This document shows, piece after piece, positions 54,035-64,000 of a stretch of DNA of 64,000 bases. The stretch is from Octopus vulgaris (lineage: Eukaryota): NCBI GenBank assembly GCA_951406725.2, contig OX597821.1, forward strand, positions 111,910,001 through 111,974,000. Direction: 5' to 3'. Each line of letters opens with the position of its first letter. Within the stretch, counting starts at the first letter, position 1. Position numbers and translations under genes: made by a program. The notes under the pieces are model-generated. The model ran no database searches and was not told the DNA's origin. It saw only the letters and a list, made by a program, of their open reading frames with translations.

Positions 54035-54133
54035 ATGATGATGATACAAAAGTGTATAGTAGGAAATTAGCCAAGTAAATATATGCTAAACGAAAGCATT
54101 GGGTGAAAATAACAAAAAAGAAAAAAGACTTAC

Positions 54134-54281
54134 CATTTTTGGGGGTGTAACCACTGCCACTACCAGATCCAGCAAAGAAGTCCTCATCATCACGATACGT
54201 ATTCATGCTGGCACCACTTCCCTGATAGACATAAGCGTCGTTTTGCATCTGGTCATCTTCAGCAGTTCGGCTTATTAGATT
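54134..54281 (-). CDS. Glypican penultimate exon with Ser-Gly glycosaminoglycan attachment region
   Basis: ttttacag acceptor and G|gtaagt donor, phase 0 to phase 1. Reads NLISRTAEDDQMQNDAYVYQGSGASMNTYRDDEDFFAGSGSGSGYTPKN; an acidic DDED cluster followed by SGSGSG is typical of glypican heparan-sulfate sites. Confidence 0.8.
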
Positions 54282-55091
54282 CTGTAAAAGACAAAAAACA
54301 AAATCGCTATGTTGATTTTGAATATAGGCAAAAGAAAAAAAAAAGATGGTGGTGTTGAGAGAGAGAGAGAGAGAGGGAGTGAGAGAGAGAGGGGTTATCT
54401 TTTATCTTTTAATTGTTACTGTAAAGGGTCATAAGTTTTTGGGTGGATATATCTGATTTGCACAGAAGGATCTCACTCTACTTTGTGGTACCTTGGGAAA
54501 GTAGAATCTGATAGACAAAAGATGTGTGCAACTTCGTGAATTCCATTTAGTTCTCGACTATAGGCACAAAGCTTGAAATTTTGAGAGGAGGAGCTAATTA
54601 ATTACATCAACCCTAGTACATGACTGGTACTTATTTTATCAACCCTGAAAGGATGAAAAGCAAAGCTGACCTCAGCAGAATTTGAACTCAGAACCCCAAA
54701 CTGGATGACATGCCAATAAGCATTCTGCTTGGCGTGCTAATGATTCAGCCAGCTCACTGATTTGTGTGTATTCCATTTTTTGAAATTTAAATGAACTTTT
54801 TAAAATCATAGTTTGGAATTCATTTACAGGATTTTACAACCAATCAGATTAAAGAAATTTTGAAGTCCAATCGTTATTTTAATGAAAAAGTCATTAAAGC
54901 AAGAACTAAGTCAGTAAGAATTTTTTTTCCTCAATGCAAATTCAACTAACTGATATTTTTTGACTTGTTAAACCTAATAAGTTAATATGTACTTTGCTAT
55001 AAATGTTTCATGCAGCAGGCGTCCCTCAGTACTTTTCACCCTTTCCTCCCTCAGCTGTCATTTTACACAGCTGGGTAACTTCTCTCAAGAC

Positions 55092-55996
55092 CAGTGTTTC
55101 TCAAACTTTTTACCCTTGTGAAGCCCTTAAAATGAATTACATATCTCAAGGAATCCTTGCACAAAAGACATTATACACCATGTCTTTCTCATATTTTTTC
55201 ATCGTAGCTCACTTGGTAAATATCACACACACACACAATCCAGTACAACCTGTTGCATGGTCGGGTCATCGGCGACTAAACCGGCAACCCCACAAAGCTT
55301 GCTTGGTGAGGAGGGTGCTTATTGGACACCCTGCGGGATGAAAAACAAAACCCGTCAAAGGTCGGAGGAACTCTTGAGAGTCAACGGCCATCTAATAAAT
55401 GTCTTAAGGCTGTATCATGTGCGGGGACATAGGAATAATCGGACTGAATACCCGATCGCGCGGTTAAACCATTGGGAGTGAAGGACTCCTAGCATTTGTT
55501 AGGGCATCCTTCTAGGAGAAGGTAACTCAGGTAACTGGGATAACTCCGACATAAAACCTGCGGCTCAGTGGTTACCGATGATGTTGACTAGTTCTTCTTT
55601 TCGGATTATGGCTGCTGTTGCTTAGTGAGTGGGATTGACTCAGTGCACAGCCTTTCCTCACTTTAAAAAAAAATCTTCTTGCACAGGCATTGCACGATAA
55701 CAACATTGATTAAGCTTCATGCAATGGCCATACTCGATAACGAGGGGGCAGCCACCATATATATATATATACACATACACCATACACACATATAAATATA
55801 TATGTATAGCTGTTATATTTTTTTTATAACACAACAGGTTAGATAGGATGATATCTGTATCACAATAACCAATAACATGTTGTGCATGTATGGTAATATT
55901 ACAATCATGAAATTAGCATTGGCTTATCTCACGAAACCCCTAGGAACCTTTTGCAGAACCCTAGGGTTCTGGGGGAACCCTGGTTGAGAAATGCTG
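55092..55996. mobile_element. hAT (Charlie-type) non-autonomous element with nested insertion
   Basis: TIRs cagtgtttctcaa / ttgagaaatgctg; 8-bp flanks ctcaagac / ctctagat fit the NTCTAGAN target preference. Confidence 0.7.
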
Positions 55997-56529
55997 CTCT
56001 AGATAGAACTTTTAGCTAGGTAAGTTCAGATTTTTTTTTTACAAGAAGCAGCAGTTTTACAGGTTGACAAAATATTTCAATGGCAAATGCATGAAAAACA
56101 AAATTAATGAAAAAAAACAAACAATAAAATATAGGCTACATGAAGACTCCATTATCATAAGCCTAACTTCACTAGTGCCACAGTAACAGCCATACAAAAC
56201 ATGGGAGGATTTTCTGCTGTACTTTGTACTACTGGCTGCTACGATACCAAAGGTAAGGCAAAGGGACACCAAATCTTTCTGGGTCTGTCATATTGATCAC
56301 TATCATGGGTCTACCATAAATTATAATAATATACCAGAAATGGTAAAGCACTAACAATATGAAAACACCATTGTCACCTGCCTAACTTTAATAGAATCTT
56401 GGCAATAGCCATACAAAAGATGGGAGATTTTTCTGCTGCACCCTTATGCCATACAACTTTGTGTGTTTATTTTGTGTATTCCAGTTCTTCTGAGAATGAA
56501 AGAAATTGTGTAATTCAAAGAAATCTTAC

Positions 56530-56635
56530 CTGCTGAATGTGTAATAACTTATCTTTGAGAGACATAATGTTTCTGTCGTTGACAAAACTGACACGGATGT
56601 TGGGACTGTGGTATTTCGAAGTTATCTGCTGATAT
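56530..56635 (-). CDS. Glypican (GPC3/5, dally-type) internal exon
   Basis: Pyrimidine tract + ttccag acceptor and CAG|gtaaga donor. 106 nt, phase 2 to phase 0, reading YQQITSKYHSPNIRVSFVNDRNIMSLKDKLLHIQQ, which resembles the GPC3/5 'NP.V.V...I..IIDKLKH..Q' segment that follows the CWNG motif. Confidence 0.75.
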
Positions 56636-57113
56636 CTGGAAGTAAAAAAAAAGAGTGGAAGACATGTTTATTAGAGAGATGCAGAGTGATTGGGATATTG
56701 AACAGAAACGTGTAACAATGATGACAACAGACAACAACAACAACAACAACAGCAACAACAGCATTAATGCTGAAGTTAATAACCAGAATAAGAAAATTAT
56801 TGAGGAAGAACTAAAAGGAATACTGAGAGCATGTGTGTGTGTGTGTGTGTGTGTGAGTTTCTGTGTGGGCATGTATGAATATCTGTGTGTATTACACAAT
56901 GTATGGATAATGATAGGCTAAAGCATACTTGTGTGTGTGTGTGTGTGTGTGTTTGGGTCTGTAGACAAAAGATGAATAAGAGCAGTTTATGCGTTATACG
57001 TAATAAACTTAACAAGATAATGATGATGATGATGATGATGATAATGATTTATCTCAGACGCAAGTAACATAACTGAAAAGAGAATGGTAAACTCAGCCGA
57101 CATGTAGAGAGCA

Positions 57114-57327
<214 letters not shown>

Positions 57328-57431
57328 TTATATTTATATATACATATATATATATATACATATATATATATTTATATTTATATATACATATATATATATA
57401 TACATATATATTTATATATACATATATATAT

Positions 57432-57480
<49 letters not shown>

Positions 57481-57548
57481 TTATATATATACATATATAT
57501 ATATTTATATATATACATATATATTTATATATACACATATATATATAC

Positions 57549-57580
<32 letters not shown>

Positions 57581-57586
57581 ATATAT

Positions 57587-57638
<52 letters not shown>

Positions 57639-58499
57639 GAGAGAGCAAGACAAAGTGAGGACTAGGAGAAGAGAGAGTGGGAACAAAATGGAAAAAAAAC
57701 AAAACAAAAAAACCCTTCACCAAAACAACAAAAACTTTGCAGAACACTGATTATAGCAAAAGCGAGAGAAATCTCTATCGAACAGAGAATGACAATTTTC
57801 TACCAAAATGCTTCAATCAGTCAAGAATGGTCTAAATAATATGGTTCTGCAAGAAATATCATTTACCTGCTGTTTCAATCATTCAACTTAAAATCAATGA
57901 ACCAAACACAGTCCAAGAGGGCAACTAATAAAATTCTTTGGCGCTAACCATTTCTCATATATATATATATAGGACTTAACAAGATGACTCTGTAATTATT
58001 TGGAAATGCCAACGTCTTCATTTACCATCATTAATACCGTCTTGTTTTTCAAGCGGAATCGTAAAGGAATTGAAGAGGAGGAAAAAAAATACCATTCTGC
58101 ACAAATTGATACTGTATTCTTGGATGTATGGAATCTGAGAATATATGTAAACATTCTAATATGATGCAGTTTGTTTTTTTGGTTCTTTTATTCTTTTATT
58201 TGTTTTACAGTCACTGGAGTGTGTGGCCATGCTGGGGCATGGCCTTGAAGTATTTATTTTATTGGTCTGTTTTTTTTTTTTTGCTGATATGCTAAGTTCT
58301 GGGAATGTAAACAAAATAACATCAATTTTAGTGGAGAGGATAAACACACACACACACAGAGAGATTCTTCTATTTTTTTTACTTGTTTCAGTAGTTTGTC
58401 TGTGGCCATACTGGAATGCTGCCTTATATATGCAAATATATACACACACACACACATATATATATATACACACATATACATGTACATATATATATAAAA

Positions 58500-58840
58500 A
58501 AGGTAAAGACCCCCTTCGGTCATGAGTGACCATAGGATTGCACCTAGAAAGTTACCCTCCTAGACACAAGTCCGGGCAAGGTTGTTTATGGAAGACCAGC
58601 AGTCGCCCATGCATACCAGCCTTCCCTCTCCACGCCACCAATGTTACCCAAGGGAAAGACAAAGGTCGATACAGCTTGGCACCAGTGACGTCGCAACTCA
58701 TTTCTACAGCTGAGTGAACTGGAGCAACGTGAAATAAAGTGCCTTGCTCAAGAACACAACACGCAGCCCGGTCCGGGATTCGAGCTCACAAACTCACGAT
58801 CGTAAGCTCGACGCTCTAACCACTGAGCCATGCGCCTTCA
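58500..58840 (-). mobile_element. SINE family D (tRNA-like head, ends in ctttaccttt)
   Basis: Minus strand gaaggcgcatggctcagtggttagagcg...tcgaatccc; other copies at 14385-14728 and 28252-28980. Confidence 0.85.
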
Positions 58841-59057
58841 CATATATATATATATATATACATACATATATAATATATATACATACGTATATAAATATAA
58901 ATATATATATACATATAATAGATATATATATATATATATATATATATGCATATATAAATATACATACACATATATATATATACATACACACACACACATA
59001 TATATACATACACATATAAATATAAATACATACACACACACATATATATATATACAT

Positions 59058-59090
<33 letters not shown>

Positions 59091-59093
59091 CAT

Positions 59094-59142
<49 letters not shown>

Positions 59143-59150
59143 TATATATA

Positions 59151-59326
59151 TAGGGGGAAAGTAAGAAGAAAAATATACAAAAATGCACATTGGAAATCAA
59201 AAAAAGTAAAGGCTTTTTATAAAAAGTAACGGTATATATCTATCGTCACTTTTCATAAAAAGCCTTTATTTTTTTTTTTATTTCCAATGTGCATTTTCGC
59301 TTATTTTTCTTCTTACTTTCCCCTTA
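59151..59326. mobile_element. Palindromic MITE-like inverted repeat (about 80-bp arms)
   Basis: ggggaaagtaagaagaaaaata..aaaatgcacattggaaat..aaaggctttttat pairs with its reverse complement downstream; TA at both ends. Confidence 0.7.
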
Positions 59327-59704
59327 CATTTCCACATGCGGTTTCTATCTTCTTTTTGCAACATATTCCTACTATATTGCTAACCAACCACACGGTTGCG
59401 GGTTCAGTCCCACTGCGTGGCATCTTGGGCAAGTGTCTTCTGCTATAGCCCCGGGCCGACCAATGCCTTGTGAGTGGATTTGGTAGACGGAAACTGAAAG
59501 AAGCCTGTCGTATATATGTATATATATGTATATGTGTGTGTGTTTGTGTGTCTGTGTTTGTCCCCCTAGCATTGCTTGACAACCGATGCTGGTGTGTTTA
59601 GGTCCCCGTCACTTAGCGGTTCGGCAAAAAGAGACCGATAGAATAAGTACTAAAAGGTGGTGCTCCAGCATGGCCGCAGTCAAATGACTGAAACAAGTAA
59701 AAGA

Positions 59705-59773
<69 letters not shown>

Positions 59774-62700
59774 CATACACACATGTATACATACATATAC
59801 ATGTATTTATGTATAATGAGTTTCTGCAGAGTTCCTGTTTATCAGTTCCAAATGCGAGGCAATGGTCATTGTACAACTCCACTTGTAGCCACCAGGCCAA
59901 GAATCGGCATGGCAGCACCAAACCAAAACCATATGGATGCAATGCAAATCTTCTTAACCACAAAGCTACACCTGTAATTAGCTACCTACTAACCTATCTA
60001 CATACCTACCTACAGACCTACTTACCTATCTACACACAGGCCTACTTACCTACCTACATACTTGCCTACCTATCTACCTACATACCTTCATAGTTCTCCA
60101 GGTGAGTAAGTACTGCAAACAACAAACAAAGAATGCTGTTACACTGTGATGTGGTATGTATTAGTAATAAAATGCCTCAAGTATGCATCTACCTAGAAAC
60201 TATTTGCTCTAGTACATTGCAACACAGATTTGAATATAAATAAATTAATATGTATCTAAGGAAAACACCATTACGCTAATAAAGAGCAAAGAAGTTTTGT
60301 AAACCCACTCCTTATTCTGTTGTTGTTAAGGGTAATACTGAAGGAATTCTTAAAGGTCAGAAGTGGCTGTAGTTAAAAATTTGGGTGAGGCGATTGGCAA
60401 TAGTCTTGCAGACGGAATATTGTATTTCAGATATTCATTTATTTGTTTCAGTCACTTGACTATGGCCATGCTGGAGCACTGCCGTTAGTCGAACAAATTG
60501 ACACCAGGACTTATTCTTTGCAAGCCTAGTACTTATTCTATCAGTCTCTTTTTGCTGAACTGCTAAGTTACAGGGACATTAACACACCAGTATCGGTTGT
60601 CAAGCGATGGTGGGGGACAAACACAGCATACAAACACTCCCTCAAGATTTTGGGTCTTGGGCCTAGAGTAGGAAAGAATTATCTACACACACACACACAG
60701 ACAGAATAACCATAGACACCATTGTTTCTTCCTTAGTATTAAACCTTGTCCTTTATTAATCTTAGATCACGGAAGGATTACACACACACACACACATATA
60801 CATATATACACATATTCATACATGCACACAAGTATACAAACATACACACATATATATATATACACACATATTCATACACACACACAGACACATTCTCGCA
60901 TATTTATATGCACACACACACATGCATACATGCACACAGATCATTCCAAGTGAACGCGACATTGACACGGCATTGACAACAGTGATAATATGAAGAACAA
61001 ATGAAAATGTTTTAAACCAAAGTAATTCTGTTTATTTCTTGTAATCAGGCTAAAAGACATTTTCCTTTGAAGACAAATTCAATGAACAGGAATTAATGAA
61101 AAAATTATATTTATAATGCTTAAAACAGCAAATTGTAAGTCTGTCTGTGTGTTTCTAATGCTTAAAACAGCAAATTGTAAGTCTGTCTGTGTGTCTCCAT
61201 CTCTTACTGATTAAATAATTTATGAAGGTTGCGTTGTTAAAGTAGAATGGGTATTTTTTAAAGCTTTTTATTGTATGTATTTGTTTCTGTTTAAGCAGTT
61301 TCATAATTAAAGACATTCCGGATGTGACCATCCCATTTATATATATGTTTTAAATTATATTTGACATTTTTTTTGTTTCTGTCATTTGATTGCAGCTGAC
61401 TTGGGGGGTCATACAACTTTGAAGGGTTGCGGTGAACAAATTCACCTTAGAATATATTTGAAGTTGGGTACTTATACCAGTGATATCTGTTTGCTGAACT
61501 GCTAAGCTATGAGGATGTAAACAAACCAAAATTGGTTGCCAGATGGTGCAGGAAAAATATGTTTACACACACAAACACGCGTGCATACGATAATTAAATA
61601 TACAAAGATGTATGCACGCAGACAAACACACACACATATACAGACATGCACAAGATTTACACACACACATATATACATACACAAACACACACATGCATGC
61701 ATACAAGCATACACACATATACACATGCAAACGAACACACACACACATTTACATGTGCACAAATGCACAAACGCATATACATGCACACAAACACACACAC
61801 ACACACATGCTCACTAACTCACACATACACATGCTCACACATACATGCACACAAACACACACATTTACATGTACACAAACGCACAAACACATATATACAT
61901 GCACACAAACACACATATACATGCACACAAACTCACACATACATGTACACAAACGCACACATTTACATGTACACAAACACATATATACATGCACACAAAC
62001 ACACACACACACACTTAGTAATAACTGCAGCAGCTCTTATGTCAACCAATAGCATCATTTACAAACTTCACATCTGCCTAAAAGAGAACAGTCATACAAA
62101 TGCCTCCTCTGTCTGGTGTTGCTCCGTAAGATGATAATTACAGTGAAGGCCACAAAAAAAAAAGAAAAGAAAAATATTGAAAATTCAAGGATTAAAGAGG
62201 CTATCCTGATTAACAAAATCTAAATCCACCTATTAAGAACAGACATGATCTAAGCTCACAGATTGATTGATTTTATGCAATCAGTCGGCACATGCTTCAG
62301 TGTTAGCATTTAAAAGATAATTGCTTAGTTATTTTGATGTGTCTGACCAGCTGAAGCTAGCTTGGCTTTAGCTTTTCTTGATAAGGAGTTTCTAGGTCCA
62401 AAGTATTGAATCACAAGGTGAAAAAAGAAGAAGAAAATTAACAAAAATAAATGAACTAAAAGGTAAAGTGTTGTTCATGTTTTGCTTCTGTTTATGGTTT
62501 CTTTCCAAACTTATCATTGCAGAGGCCAGTTTTAATGAGTCCATCATATATATACATACACGACAGGCTTCTTTCAGTTTCTGCCTACCAAATCGACTTA
62601 CAAGGCTTAGATCGGCTTGAGGCTATAGTAGAAGACACTTGCCCAAGGTACCACGCAGTGGGACTGAACCTGGAAAGATGTGGTTGGGAAGCAAGCTTCT

Positions 62701-62892
62701 TACCACAAAGCCATTCCTGTGCATACACACATGTGTGCATGCATGAAAGAGAGAAAAAGAGAAATAGAAGAGAGAGTAAAAAGAAAGAGAATGAGAGAGA
62801 AAAGAGATAGATAGAGAGAGAGGGGGGAAGGAGACATGCAGATAGATAAATAACAAGCAGACAGGGAGATTATTGATAAACAGACATAAATT

Positions 62893-62949
<57 letters not shown>

Positions 62950-64000
62950 ATATTGAGCAAATATCAGGTACAGGAAATTAAGCTATCTTTAAGAGGTGTG
63001 GTCTAAAGAAGAAAGTTAATTGTTGATGACACCATAGATAAAAGTACATGAAGAGACTATAAATTATTTGTTATTTGGAATAATAACGACAACAACAACA
63101 ACAGCAACAACAACAATAATGATAATAATAATAATAATGAAGATGACAAAGACAGAGAAGTAAAAAAGAGAGACTGAAATAAATAAGATACAGAAGAAAA
63201 AAAAAACTAGCTACAGCTGCAATACCAACAACAACAACTACAAGGAAGTAACTACAGCAACGAGGCTGATAATAATAATAATAATAATAATAATGATAAT
63301 AATAATAACAACAACAATAATAATAATAAGAAGAAGAAGAAGAAGAAATAGGAGGCAGACAATGAGGGTAATAATATTAAAGTAACACGATTCTAAATGG
63401 AATGTGTTTTCTGAGAGCCAAAAAAATAGGAAATATGTCTTTCAGAGTGAAAGAACAGACAGTCACAAATATTTTACGCGCGCGTGCGTGTGTGTGTGTG
63501 TGTGTGTGAGTAAGTGTATATACATCATCATCATCATCTTCATTATTATCATCATTTAACACCCCTTTGTTATGGGTCAGCAGTTGCTAGCAAACCAGAG
63601 ACCCCCCCACCACCACCACAATTGGCACAAGGCCCTCAATTGTCTGTCTTGGCTGATTTCTACAGCTGGACACCCTTCCTAATGCCAACCACTTTACAAG
63701 GTGTACCTGCGTGCTTTCTATGTGACACCAGCACAGGTGCTTCTTATGCAGAACCAGCATGGATGATTTTTAATTGGCACCGGAACACATGGAATCAAAT
63801 TCCTACATTTGTGTATTGTATCCTTTTTCATTTTAATGTCTAGTTTTCCATGCTTACATGTGTCACATGGAGTTTACTGAGACATGCCTTTCTTGTCACC
63901 AATTTCCAAGCAAGCTAATATTTTTTTTCTTTCTTTTTTTCTACTCTTGGCACAAGGCCCGAAAATTTGATTTACCCCGGTACACAACTGGTACTTAATT

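Noticed and set aside
58790-58840. tRNA genes at SINE heads (also about 21485, 41185 and 43380)
   Set aside because: A/B boxes continue into SINE bodies and no full cloverleaf with acceptor stem is evident.
57780-64000. Next upstream glypican exon
   Set aside because: No minus-strand CWNG-type reading with suitable splice sites was found by eye.

Overview
Repeat-saturated, AT-rich animal genomic DNA. The SINE families and the very high microsatellite load suggest an octopus, but this is inference. The only host gene I can support is the 3' end of a minus-strand glypican of the GPC3/5 (dally) type: three phase-compatible exons (56635-56530, 54281-54134, 51012-50813) encoding the late core helix, an acidic Ser-Gly attachment region and a GPI-type signal. 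The rest is mobile DNA: about five recurrent SINE-like families, a full-length frameshifted mariner, mariner/piggyBac/hAT/MULE-type MITEs, and R4/Dong-type, RTE and CR1/L2-type LINE fragments. There is also a U6 fragment fused to a SINE. The most interesting signal is a set of minimal type-I hammerhead ribozyme (HHR) motifs from at least four unrelated sequence families. One family is a tRNA-headed, (TAA)n-containing, HHR-bearing element present twice as head-to-head inverted pairs in which only one arm keeps a 31-33 nt tail, the signature of Penelope-type insertion. It may be an undescribed Penelope-mobilised ribozyme SINE. Restriction-like-endonuclease (RLE) LINEs also appear targeted to (TAA)n and (TACA)n microsatellites. 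Most ORFs in the supplied track are microsatellite artefacts. SINE boundaries are approximate.
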